Of a stretch of 64,000 nucleotides of DNA, positions 12,303-24,320 are shown piece by piece. Source of the DNA: Lytechinus pictus. Taxonomy: Eukaryota. Position numbers and translations under genes: made by a program. The notes under the pieces are model-generated. The model saw only the letters and a list, made by a program, of their open reading frames with translations, was not told the origin of the DNA and searched no databases. Position 1 is the stretch's first letter; each line of letters begins with the position of its first letter. Location of the stretch: the NCBI RefSeq assembly GCF_037042905.1, contig NC_087259.1, positions 30,752,001 through 30,816,000 of the forward strand, written 5' to 3'.

Positions 12303-12506
12303 GGTTCCATGACATTTGCTCCGGCGACTATTGCTCCGATGGAAAATCTGCACTGTTAAGCGAAACCTAAAACCTATAACCCCCAAAACTAAATAAACCC
12401 TAATCCTAATCTTTATATTATTCTAAACCAAACACTGATCTTCTACAACTCTAATCTGAGATATTAAGACCGGAGCGATTGCCGTAGGAGCAAATGTCGT
12501 GTCACC
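12303..12506. mobile_element. MITE with ~36-bp TIRs, GG..CC termini, 8-bp TSD
   Basis: GGTTCCATGACATTTGCTCCGGCGACTATTGCTCCG / CGGAGCGATTGCCGTAGGAGCAAATGTCGTGTCACC. TSD CTCCCCAA/CTCCCTAA. Internal AACCCT-like repeats. Confidence 0.8.
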
Positions 12507-13090
12507 CTCCCTAAGTACCCGCCTCAAATGCTTTCTCTCTCTCTCATTTATATAAGTCGTTTGATTTTTTTTAACTACCATTTTTATAGCTGCTAATGTT
12601 TTATTTTGCTCTATGTTTTGCGCCCCTTTCCTTTCATAGTGCCCCTTTACATTCTGATAAATGGTCTTTTTGAATTTTTGAAAATTGAGAGTGCGAGTTC
12701 CCCTCTAATCCGCTCATTCTTAACAAGTGCCAAAGTATAGAATGCCTAGTTTTTAAAAGTGCCCTCTTCGGGTTTTAAAAAGTTCTCATATACGGAAAAA
12801 AACATTTCTAAACTTAAAAGGTCTTCCTTTAGTCTAATTTGTGCTAATTTTTCGCTCCTTCTATGTAATTCACTATGCATTCAATTAATAACCCCTGTTT
12901 CAGCTTAACATTTTTTCCACATCTACCACTTTCTCATATTAAATTCCTCTTGATTTAGAACGGATCCTATATCATATTTGAAATCTCTAAGTGGAAGTGC
13001 TCATATTTTTTCTTGGGGGTGCATATATTAAGGGGAATTTTCTAACAATACAATTTTCCCATACTGATAGGCATACTCTGTACATTCATA

Positions 13091-13258
13091 CAGAGGCCGC
13101 GGAACGGTTTTCAAAGTGGGGGGCTGAGCCAAAAGTGGGGGGGGGGGCTGACCATGCAAAAAATCACAATCGTATGGTCATTTTTACGTTTTTTGTACAT
13201 GGTTTTGGAAAAAAGTGGGGGGTTGAAGCCACCCCAGCCCCCGCTTCCGCGGCCCCTG
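13091..13258 (+). mobile_element. MITE family B copy 2
   Basis: CAGAGGCCGCGGAA ... TTCCGCGGCCCCTG with a 5-bp TSD TCATA. Confidence 0.85.
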
Positions 13259-13602
13259 TCATACTTTCAACGACCCCTATTTAAAGTTATTGGTAAACTA
13301 TTTCTTTTCTTATAGTTCTGTGGGCCTGTAATTTCCTTTTGATATTTTTTCTTTGTCCAATTTAATGTTTAATCAGTGATTCGTTTATGCTACCTTCCTT
13401 TTAGATGAAGTGACCCTTTTTATATTTCCTTCTTTTCTCTAAAATATTAAATTGTCTCTAACAAATCGTTATTCGACCCGGTTTCAACTAAATAAGCAAT
13501 TTATTATGTAACAAAGTCTAAAACATAAAAGAAATGCCTGGGAAAAAATAATTTGTGCATAATCTATGATTTATTTATATACTCATTCATTTCATTTATT
13601 TG

Positions 13603-14428
13603 TTCTAGTCCTGACAAAATATGTTCCATTCAATAATCTAATTTTAAAAGGCAAATTAATTCATAAAATCAGTGAGTGGCTGAACTCTGTGTAACGGGGC
13701 TCAAGCATCGATCAAATTTGATTTTTTTTTCTCGTCAAGACTAACAAAGAGGTATAAAAGAGGTGGCGTTGTCACAGTTTAGCATCAGTGTAGTATATTG
13801 TATCATCCAAAACCGCATTAAAGAAAATTTGAATTATTATTATTATCATTACTTTTTTGGGGGTACCACGATCTTAAGATGTATAAATGAAAGGAGATTC
13901 ATCATCATGTATTTATAACAGCAGGGGCCGCGGAAGCGGGGGGGCCACTATTTTCCAAAACCGTGTACAAAAACGTAAAAATTACCATATGATTGTAATT
14001 TTTTGCATGGTCAGCCCCCCCCCCCCCCCTTGAAAACCATTCCGCGGCCCCTGTAACAGTAAAATATGAGGTGAATATCCCTGGATTAAAGTTAGTCGAA
14101 AATCAAACAAAGAAAAATACATTAATGGACATTTTAAAATTATGTAAATGCCTATTGCGAGCTGCTGAACATGAATATCACAAAATGCCATTGTGGCTAA
14201 AGCTCGCGATTACTGAAAGAGATGAAATAAAGTTTTAAAAAAATTACAGTTTATAGAATGTACATTATGACATCGCCACCTTTTTGTTAGTCCTGGTGAG
14301 ATAAAAAAAAAAATAATTTGATCGATGCTAGCCCCATTACACAAAGTTCAGCCACTCACTGACTTTATGAATTAATTTGCCTTTTAAAATTGAATTATTG
14401 AATGGAACATATTTTGTCAGGACAAGAA
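13603..14428. repeat. Long inverted repeat (foldback-type element), arms ~13603-13774 and ~14268-14428
   Basis: Arms are reverse complements (for example GTCCTGACAAAATATGTTCCATTCAATAAT / ATTATTGAATGGAACATATTTTGTCAGGAC). The spacer contains MITE B copy 3. Confidence 0.85.
13922..14053 (-). mobile_element. MITE family B copy 3 (inverted, internally deleted)
   Basis: CAGGGGCCGCGGAA ... TTCCGCGGCCCCTG with a 6-bp TSD TAACAG. Confidence 0.85.
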
Positions 14429-14479
14429 AAAAAAGGAAATACTAATGGGGGAAAACACGATTTCTTAACCTACGAATAA

Positions 14480-14756
14480 TATGACGCAGTCACATTTCCC
14501 CTACCATGCCCAGGGGCGGATCCAGCTTTTTATAAAGGGGGGGTTGGGGTGGTATGCGAGGGAGCGTAGCGACCGAGTCCAAGCGAGCGGAGCGAGCGAG
14601 GGGGGAGGGTGTGGGAGGGGGGTGTCCCCCCTTCCTACAGTAGGGAAAATTTTTGAAAATCTGTGTGTGAAAATGGCGTTTTCTTGCATCTAAAACACCA
14701 CTCTTTTTGGTATAGAGGTCGTTGCCAAATTAACCCCCCCCCCTCCCCCAAAAAGA

Positions 14757-14802
<46 letters not shown>

Positions 14803-15213
14803 GAAATAAATACATAGAAATAGAATAAAATAAAATTACAAGTTTAAAAAAAAAATAAGATTTAAAAAAATCGTCCCCGGATTTTTTTTAAATTTTTTTT
14901 TTGGGGGGGTTGCAACCCCCCCAACCCCCCATCTAGATCCGCTTCTGATGCCTACGGGCTACGGCGGCCGTACGGTGAGTCGAATACAGCAGTTTTAACA
15001 CTTTTTTTACCAGCTACATATAGGTGGTTTGAATAAAAATGAATAATACCTCGGTCACATTTGCTCTATGGCGGCCGTACGGCGAGTCGAAAACAGCCGT
15101 TTTATTGATTTTAATTCAAACCACCTATAATTATGTAGCTGGTACAAAAATGTTTAAACGGCTGTTTTCGACTCGCCGTACGGCCGCCGTAGGAGAAATG
15201 TGACTGCAGCATA
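14480..15213. mobile_element. Two adjacent, oppositely oriented copies of a palindromic MITE (partial 14480-15046, complete 15047-15213)
   Basis: Arms GTCACATTT..CTA(C/T)GGCGGCCGTACGGCGAGTCGAAAACAGCCGTTT and their reverse complement occur three times. Confidence 0.75.
14511..14947. mobile_element. MITE with CAGGGGCGGATC TIR containing an (AAT)n microsatellite (~14757-14800)
   Basis: CAGGGGCGGATCCAG ... CTAGATCCGCTTCTG with a 5-bp TSD ATGCC. Inserted into the left arm of the palindromic MITE at 14480. Confidence 0.8.
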
Positions 15214-15854
15214 ACATTTAAAAAAGTATATGTATTTCAGTTCCTCCCAACCTCTATCCTCTATTTAGTCCCCCCTCCTCATCTCTCACGCTATCTCTCT
15301 CTCCGCCTCACCCTCTCCCTTTCTCTATCTACTTCCTCTCATTTCCCCCCTTTTCTCCGTACTTCCCCCTTTCTAGATCTGTCTCTCTCACTCAATCTTT
15401 TCCTTTCTTTCATCTTTCAATCTTTCTCTTTTTCGTTTCCCTTTTCTATCCTTCCCTTTCCTCTCTCGTTTGCTCGCTCTCATACCCTTTATTTTTCTTC
15501 ATGTCCACGCTTTTCCACAAAATAGATTTTTGAAATAAAGAGGCATTGATGGGGGAATGACACTATTAAAAGACACTATTGAAAGAGTTTTAAAGTGAGA
15601 AGGCAATATCAGAAGTGAAAAGGGCCCTTTGAAAAATAATTTTAAAAAAGTTGTCACTTATAGGCTAATACCCTCCATCGCCAAATTGGATAACCCACTC
15701 TCCTCTTTTTCAAATCCATTCATCTTCTAGTGCCCTCCCTCCCCAAACTTCTCCCCCCTCTCTCACTCGCTCTTTCTTCCATCTCCTCTCCCTATACCCC
15801 CTCCTCGGGTGTTTTTTTCTTCTGAAAGAAAAATTAAATACAAGCACATTCTGG

Positions 15855-15860
15855 TTTATT
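15855..15860 (-). terminator. Candidate polyadenylation signal of the coiled-coil gene (3'UTR ~15840-17273)
   Basis: AATAAA on the minus strand followed by a GU/U-rich tract (TGTGCTTGTATTTAATTTTTTC), at the end of repeat-free AU-rich sequence. Confidence 0.5.
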
Positions 15861-17273
15861 GTTTATAATCTAGCTGATATATTTTATGTACACTCATACA
15901 ATAAATAAACCAGGTTCACAAATTCCTCATAAATCTGAATTATAATCATGGTAAGAAATTTAATATTAGTATGGCATGTTGCTACTTGCCATGGTGGTTT
16001 AATTTATGTAATATCTCTATAAAGACATGGTTTCTTTCTCAATTTTGAAATTTATCTAATATCATGAATATGCAATGCATGTCTGACACGTTTGATCTCA
16101 TGGTTTAATATAATGAAAACCTACATTTTCATCACCAACTTTCGGAGGACATGATAATGATAAATGACTCATGTCGAACTCTAATGTTAACTAAATGGAT
16201 GTCTGTATATTATTTTATACAACAAATATAAACGTAATGGAGGTTTGGTGAAAAAACAATGATATTAAAGTTCGAAACCATGTCGAAATACTAGTATCCT
16301 TAGTATACCAATCATCATTATCAATTCCTTTGGCTAGGTCGTAAAATTATCGGTCCATAGTTCATGCTTATAAGCATAAATTGCTTTCTTGGTAAGTAGG
16401 GAACATCCAAACTCAAATAAAACAACGAAAATACTTTTCTATTATCTCATAGAGTAATCTGTACTTGGGACACAAATTAGTTGTATAATGCGTAGTAACT
16501 AAACATCTTTATCCGGGAAGGGTATTTATCAACGTGGTCGACATGAATTTAGAGTTGTACAGTCATGACAATAATTTTATTCTCATACCATCAATGAGGT
16601 TGATACAGTTTGTTCAATCTTACAAAAACATTTATATCTATCTCTGCGATAAAACCAGACATTTCTATAATCACATATTTGAAGAAAACAAAAAGGAAGG
16701 GATCCAATGCTAATCGCAATATGCATTCAACTTCCCTTTTCGCCAATAAACGAAACTCAAAGTTGACATGTATTTACTGTATTACCAGCACATGAAAAAA
16801 CCTCATTACTGATACAACATACCTCTGAAATGTAATATTTATCTTCATTCATCTCATATAATTATAGTAATGTTCATTTACTTTGCTTTCAAAAATATAT
16901 TAATTTCTTGTCTTAACATAATCCGAATATCGCGGGATTTGCAGAAAAGTTCTTCCATGTTTCCTTATAGTTGGTGATCGCGTTTCACATTAATTCGTCC
17001 ATAAGTCTTCATTTTTCAAGCGATTGGCATTATCAAAACATCTTAGTTTACTGTACTGCAAAACTTGATGTATTACACGAGAAACTTCCACATCAATGAT
17101 TCCTCAAATCATTTTGTTGTCCATGTTGTCAGCCCCTATTAATCAGAGCGCCTTTAGTTCGAGTCAGCACGACTCCAACAATGCACAACCACGTGATATC
17201 TGTAGACAAGAATCTTTTCAAATAATAATATTCAAAGCAAGTTCTACATCTGCGTCATGCGCTTCAATTCATA

Positions 17274-18077
17274 TCAGAAGAACCTTATATTCTCATCACC
17301 TTCATTGGGTACAGGCAAGCGATATGCGGGCAAAGATATCTTCCTAGCTTTACTTCGATCTTCGGTTTTCATTAGGAAACCTTTTCTAGGTCTACTAGAG
17401 CTCAGGTCATTAACAACATCATCGACGAAGCGAACTCGATGTTGATGTCCGTTAGTTGGACTGCCAGCCTTAATGGTGTTGTTGTTAAGGTGTCTTATCC
17501 CACTGACTTGCTGCGACGTCGGACCCGTATGTACCGTGCATCGTCTACCGTTCGGACGTCGACTCGACATCATCGGTGAGGGTGACGAGACGCGTTCGGT
17601 CTCGCTGCTGTTGTCGTGACTGCTACTGCTCTCGTCGTGGTGCGAGTCGTCGCTCGACTTCGCTCCATTGCTTCTATCATCCTCCGACATCGACATTCCC
17701 CTCGTATCGTGTAAGCTACTAATAAGTTTCTCATTTGCTTTGTTCAGTGCGTTAATCTGTTTTTCTTGCTTCATAACCTGTCGTTCCAGTTCGCGTATAC
17801 GGCGATCCTTGTCACCAAGCTTTGAAACAATTTCTTGCCTCTCTCTCTTGAGACATCCCTCAAAGTACATCAAATCAGAGATGAGATCGGTAAACTGGGA
17901 GTCTTTCTCGTGTGCTTGCGACATGATTTTATCTTCGCTCTCTTCGAGTTTGAGTTTCCAGCCAGCTAAGAGTTGTCTTGTTCTTGTCTTCTGTAGGTCC
18001 ATCTGATGGCCCATCTCACCAAGGGTAGTCTGGGCTGCAGCCAGCTTCTCTCGGAGTAGCTTTACTTCGCTTTCCAA
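17274..18077 (-). CDS. Terminal coding exon (267 aa): SynGAP/DAB2IP/RASAL2-type C-terminal coiled coil plus Ser-rich disordered tail
   Basis: The longest ORF in the window, with higher GC than its flanks. Acceptor TTTTGTTCTTTTTGTCTGTGCAG|TTG (phase 0) at 18078/18077. Recalled similarity to the RASAL2/DAB2IP coil: EVKLLREKL~EITKLKERL, KLEESEDKIMSQAHEKDSQ~RLEDSEERLRRQQEEKDSQ, QEKQINALNKANEKLISSL~QEKRIVSLDSANTRLMSAL. Confidence 0.9.
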   Translation of the reverse strand: MESEVKLLREKLAAAQTTLGEMGHQMDLQKTRTRQLLAGWKLKLEESEDKIMSQAHEKDSQFTDLISDLMYFEGCLKRERQEIVSKLGDKDRRIRELERQVMKQEKQINALNKANEKLISSLHDTRGMSMSEDDRSNGAKSSDDSHHDESSSSHDNSSETERVSSPSPMMSSRRPNGRRCTVHTGPTSQQVSGIRHLNNNTIKAGSPTNGHQHRVRFVDDVVNDLSSSRPRKGFLMKTEDRSKARKISLPAYRLPVPNEGDENIRFF

Positions 18078-18165
18078 CTGCACAGACAAAAAGAACAAAA
18101 TGTACATCGTAAATGGACTAAATCTTTAACAAAAATAAAATTTGATCGATTCATGTCATTGATAT

Positions 18166-18450
18166 GGGTCGTATGGTCCAGTGGTAAGAACATTGGACTT
18201 ATAATCGCAAGGTTGTGAGTTCGAATCCCCACTCTGCCATTGTCTCCACTTTGATTTAAAAAAAAATCCTTGATCTGTCGTCTATAAGGTCAGCCATTAT
18301 GACTGAATAACCTAGACGTAAAATGTTTCCAAGGTACAGTATTTGGTTATATACCAGCTTGGCGATTACCAATAAAACGCTGTCCTGCCGAGTTCCTACG
18401 GGGGTTACCATCAAACAGAAACAAAACAGAAACAAAACAGAACAGAAACA
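18166..18450 (+). mobile_element. tRNA-derived SINE with (AAAC/AAACAG)n tail
   Basis: A box TGGTCCAGTGG (18174-18184), B box AGTTCGAATCC (18218-18228), simple-repeat tail at 18410-18450. Confidence 0.7.
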
Positions 18451-18543
18451 GTTTTGTAACTGAAGACGAAAAAGAGAGAGGTATGGGGATATAGGGGATC
18501 CAATATAGAGAGATAGGGGATGAGATGAAAGTGAGGGGTAGGT

Positions 18544-18574
<31 letters not shown>

Positions 18575-21500
18575 AGATAGAGTGGAGAGAATTTCAACAA
18601 AATACATTACAACAATATTTAGATTGGTATTATCCGTTGCCAAGTTACATCGTATGGGAAGAGAGCTAAGGGAATAAGAAGCCTCCCAACTAAAATACAT
18701 ATTCATTCTTTTCTTTTCTCCAATTTAAACGATTCTTAATCTCCAGCAAGAAGAAAATGCAGCATATTGTAAATCACGTCTTGAGACCTTGTTGTACTTT
18801 GGAAATCAAGTAAGGGAAGCTCCAGAAGAACTGGAGGCAGAGAAAGAAATTTCCTTGTATCTTCAATTGTGTGGCAAGACAGTTCGTAGAACTTCAGCTG
18901 TTTTGCAAACACACTTTCTAATTCAGCGAGCAAACTTGAAAAAGAGGGAAGCTCTGGGGCAGCTTAACAAAACCAAAAAAAGCCAAGATAAGAAGTAATT
19001 TTATGCCTCTAGATGAACAAATATGTAGATGGCATACCTGACAGGATTTTAAACACTGAAGTTAATGAGGTCGGGCTATTACAACGTCCCCTATCTAAAT
19101 ATCAGCAAATATTTCGTTTACATGCGTTATTAGGACCCCACGTGCAGTCTCGTCTACTTTGACGGGATTTTTTGGTGCGTTTTTTTATGACAGTTAACAT
19201 GACGCAAATAGAGAACTGCGGTGGGAGCAATATTAAATTATTTTTTTTATGTATTTCTGTCACGAACTGTTTTTTTTTTCATTATTTGACGTTTGCTTTT
19301 GACATGTTTTAAAGAAAGGGATAATTTTGAAAATCCACCTCCTCTTTCTCTCCTTCCTTCCATACGCGCATCCTCTTCCTCTTTCTCTCTTCTATTTCTC
19401 ACATTCTAAAACAAGTTGATGGTACCGAAAGCTTCGAATTTTCATTCGTGAAGAAAATGAAATAAAAGAACATTTCCCTTGTTTACAGAATATTCATAAT
19501 CTACCATTTTGATTGATGGGCAGGATCTGAGTTGTCATGAAATATTTTTATCAAATCTTCTGATACAAATCGGCAGTGTTGCGCATGGTTTAACATGAAA
19601 TCTCATCTTTCCACACGTCTCGTGAATAATATATTCTACACAATCAGACAATGGATTCCGAAAAACAAAAGAATAATGGTGCTGTATTTAGTGTCATCCA
19701 TGACAGAATCTGTATTTTCTCCGAGATTTCTACTTGACACTTCCCCCATAGAAGACATTTTGCCATTTAACCGATGGCTACAAAAGCATGACGATAACCT
19801 CTCCAAGGTTTGAACAAAATCACACTCGTCAGACTATTATATGTACCAGAGTAATGTCACTTGATTGATGTTTAATCAGATATTTTAATAGATAAATGCG
19901 AGATTTAATAATCACATGCAATTTTGTTAAATGTTTTATCAACCCTTGGTTTAATCGAGTTAACGTTATTGTTATAGTTGCTAAAAAATGGGCTCAATGT
20001 CTTAATACGAAAAATAAATCAGATACTTTGGCATAAGAACAGATTCATACTTACGTTCAATAAACGGAAGGATTTGACAGGAAATGGATATAAGAAAAAA
20101 ATGTCCCAGATTTCCTAGCTTTTATACCGAAAAGCGCAAATGCGGAACAAATCCTATAGTATTTCTTAAAGGGTTAGCTATGATCGCAAACAGTGAAGTA
20201 TTAACCTTTAGAACCAAAGCATTAGACTATTATATCACATTGTGTGTACATGTAATAGAATTGAAAAGTTTGAGGTTTTGAATCGGAAACGGAATGTCAA
20301 TTTCTTTGACTTGCTTCAGTGAAGTTTGTGAATTTTCGTGTCTTTTGTATAGCTGCACGTCGACGGGTTACCAAAAGGTGAAATTCCAGGGTAACTTTTA
20401 TAATTAGGATTTTTCTCATAAATTTGATCCAATTAGCCCCCAAAACGGAAGGGGAATATGCACTGAAATTATTGTCTATACATTTGAATTATGTTCACGT
20501 TAAAGCTTGCAGCGGTGCTCAAAAGTAAAGTGTTTATGTTATGACAATTTTTTTTTCTACATTCAACATTCAACGCTCAACAATCTTGATTTTTTTATAT
20601 AATGTAATTAAACAGAATACAATTCCATAATATTGTTCAGATACTCCCTTTCAAGTTGTGGCAAGGTATAAAGATCGATTTTTTTTTCTTCCTTTGCTGG
20701 TCTTAATTGATGTAAAAGTTTTTCTTGACTTATATACCGATATACAATAAGTTGCTTTTTTTTACTTTTAATTATACATCAGACCTTACTTTGTTTATAG
20801 AAACGGGAAAAATTTGTATCACTGAAAAAAAGATGGTTCTTTGTGAGAACTTCAGAAGAATGGTATCTCCGTGGAATCTACCCCTTAGAGAGTTTCAGAG
20901 TCTTTTGTCATACATCATTTAGCAATATTTCTATTATACCAGCTCGTTATTTTGATGTGATTCTTGAAAGGATTACAATGGGATGTGACAAAAAACGGGT
21001 GGGTAGATAATGGATGGAATGGATCAAATTGTGACCTGAAAATGTTGGATTCATCAATTCGTGAGAGAAGCGTGAGAAAAGAAAACATCTACCATGATGT
21101 AAAGGACTAAACCTATCACAAATTTTACTGAAACGAACTGGTGTGAACACTGAACTATAAATCATCTAGGAATACAAATCGGCGTAAATTCCTGCAGAAC
21201 ATCAATATACATTACAGTTATTGGAACCTAGGTAAGGTTAATTAATACTACGGAAAAGATACTAGGCACTGGTATTCCATATCCATATTCAATCCTCTAT
21301 GATAGTATCAGCAACATCGACGAGTCAAATGAAAATTGAAGCCCGTTATTTTTACTTTTCGTCGTCAGAAAGTTTAACGATTGCTGACATTCCGTGACGG
21401 ATACCATACATTTATCCCATGGATATTTGAATATAAATTCGTTTCTTCTTTCAACAAATGGCCTAGAAAAAAAGAAATACACTGATCTTATGAAATCAGT

Positions 21501-24034
21501 GAAGAACTTCATTCACCGCCGGATTCACCGTTAAGAAATTGGCCTCCAAATTAACGTTCCCATCGCAATTCACTGGGAGAGGAGTCGATTTTTTTTTGGG
21601 GGGGGGGTGGTGGAACTAACCTTAATAAAATGGTTCATTAAGACTCTCATTACTTTCCTGTCTTTCACCCGACATTATCATGTAGAATAAGTTGTTTATC
21701 ATCACAAACTACCCTTCATCTTCAAATAATCTTCTTTCCCCCATCGGTTTCGCCTTAATGGGTTATTAACAATACCTTACACAGTAATCAATACGAGTGG
21801 AACAGGAGAGTTGACTAGGGTTTGACTAATATCCCCTCTTCTTGAGGTCGAAAAGATTCGTTCCAAATTAGAACTGGGAGTTTATTATATTGACTGTTTG
21901 CTATCCATACAATGTACTTAAACATAAAACGTTAGGTCACTTTGTTGAATTAATGTAAACACTATTGAATGACGTCACAACAAACGTCTCGATTCTAAAC
22001 AAGGTAAACATGTATTTACCAATATCCGTTACTTTGGTTATGTTCTCGGGATAATCGTAGTTCTAACAATTCAACGCTTTCTGAAAAAGAAACAGTTTGT
22101 AGTGTTCGTTAAAAATACAATATTCTTCGTCATAATTTGTTTACTACTGGTTTGCTATCGGTTACAAAGACGGATAAAACCGACTTCCTCCTAAGTCCTA
22201 ACAAAAGAACGGAAGCTAATGCCGCGCATTTAACATAAAACATAAAAACATAGGAACACGAGATCTTGAAGATTTCCCTTTGGTTTCCAATATGAAGAAC
22301 AACCTGACAATATTCTCTACAATCATGACAATCATGACGATGTTCTAAGAATTAGGATGAGTAAATTGCTTGATTTATTTAATCATCAGCAAAACCTAAA
22401 CATTCATGTACGTATAAATCTATATTATCAGGTAAACGTATTTTAAGGATGGTTGAAAATATCATCAATAAAATTTGGAGTTCCAAAACTATTCACAAAA
22501 CCAGTAGTTACTGATGAAAATTCAGTTTATTTCAAGTTCTGAATTACAATTTACGGGTTATCTATGATAAATGAAGACAATAAATCATTATTGTAGTCCA
22601 ATATGTTTGCTCTAGTTCATTATTTCCCAACAAGCATCCTGCGTCCCACGTGGGAACAGTAATACTGAATCTCAATAGCTAAACACAAATAAAAACAAAC
22701 GTAAACGTTCGGCAATTATACTTGACTTTTTGTATAGAACTGGTACATGGAAATAACTGCATCCAACATTTGATCTTCTTTATTCGTTACCAAAGCTTTT
22801 CGCAAAAATGTTTGTTCGTTTGCCAATAGTTATTGCCAAGAGTTAACAACTCGAATAGCAATATTCGATTCTCGTTGGTAGTACAATCACGATACAATAT
22901 TGATCTAACCTGAATCTGTCACAAACGCATTCTCTATACCATGTAAACGATCCATCACAGGTATAGTGATTGACGTGTGTTACGCCATTCAGTTTGGTTT
23001 TGATTTTTTGTTTGATGAAGGGGGCGGGGCTCTTACAAATAATTAATATTATATAGCCAAATTGATTATAATTGTATATCTACACCGTTTTTAAACCAAT
23101 ATTGTTATACATCAGTATAATCTATGTAAATAATGTATGTATATTTTGTAATGCCAACAGAGTGAATTTCCATTGAGGACAATAAATTAATGAATCTGAA
23201 TCTGAACCTGATATCAGCAGTCAGTGTTAAATGAAGTAGAACATTTTATTATTCATAATCGTAATTATCTTGTCTCGGTCAGGGCCCATAATCTTTCTCG
23301 CCTGGGACACCCAAACTAAGCTATGTATTATTTATTTTCGAAGCCCATTCTCGGATTGAAATGTCAATAATTAACAGTAACAACCTCTGCACTGGCATGG
23401 TGGAATCAGTACGTTATGAATGCAATCTTTTAGGTCAATTTCCGACTTTCTGGTTGGTGAAAACAGGCTGCCTCAAATTCAGTCAGTCAGGTTTTTTTTA
23501 AGCATTTTGAGAGAGGTTTTTCACAGGGTTATTCCACATTTTCTGTTATAACAGTTTACATACACCAAAAGGTCAAAATCTGCCCTATTCCTTAGAAATT
23601 AAGCAGGTAATGGTCTTGACCATTTCTATTAAAGATAGCACTTCTGCCCACTCCTATTATTACATCCCATTGTAGGCTCACTTTTCTGAAGGGCATCACA
23701 AGGTTGTGACAGCTTGGAATTTTACATGGCATGTATATTTTATGTAAATGTACTCATGCGAACAAATATACAAACACTGTGGATTGGTTTTACATGCTGA
23801 GTGTGTAAATATAACGAGAAAGAATTATTCTGCACTTAACTGCCCCAAAGGATACGTACTCTGTACCAACGTGTTATTCTTGATGTCGTTTTAACCAATT
23901 TAACTATTTTAAATATAGAAACTAAAACATCAATTTCACCATAAGCATGACTGTGCAAAGTGAAATATAGATTGTCTTTATTTTGGTAAGATGACAAGAA
24001 AACATCAAAACACACAAGATGAAAGAATGAGAAA

Positions 24035-24320
24035 NNNNNNNNNNNNNNNNNNNNNNNNNNNNNNNNNNNNNNNNNNNNNNNNNNNNNNNNNNNNNNNNNN
24101 NNNNNNNNNNNNNNNNNNNNNNNNNNNNNNNNNNNNNNNNNNNNNNNNNNNNNNNNNNNNNNNNNNNNNNNNNNNNNNNNNNNNNNNNNNNNNNNNNNNN
24201 NNNNNNNNNNNNNNNNNNNNNNNNNNNNNNNNNNNNNNNNNNNNNNNNNNNNNNNNNNNNNNNNNNNNNNNNNNNNNNNNNNNNNNNNNNNNNNNNNNNN
24301 NNNNNNNNNNNNNNNNNNNN
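24035..24320. other. Assembly gap (286 N)
   Basis: Run of N. Confidence 1.

Noticed and set aside
17096-18006. Plus-strand ORFs overlapping the main exon
   Set aside because: Antisense shadows of the real coding exon and UTR.
18078-18107. ATG start (MYILFFLSVQ) of the 277-aa ORF
   Set aside because: These codons are the polypyrimidine tract and CAG acceptor of the intron.
20055-20120. Strong minus-strand donor AAC|GTAAGTA (also one at 35522) as an extra coding exon
   Set aside because: The phase-0 frame hits a stop with no ATG. It could be non-coding but is unsupported.
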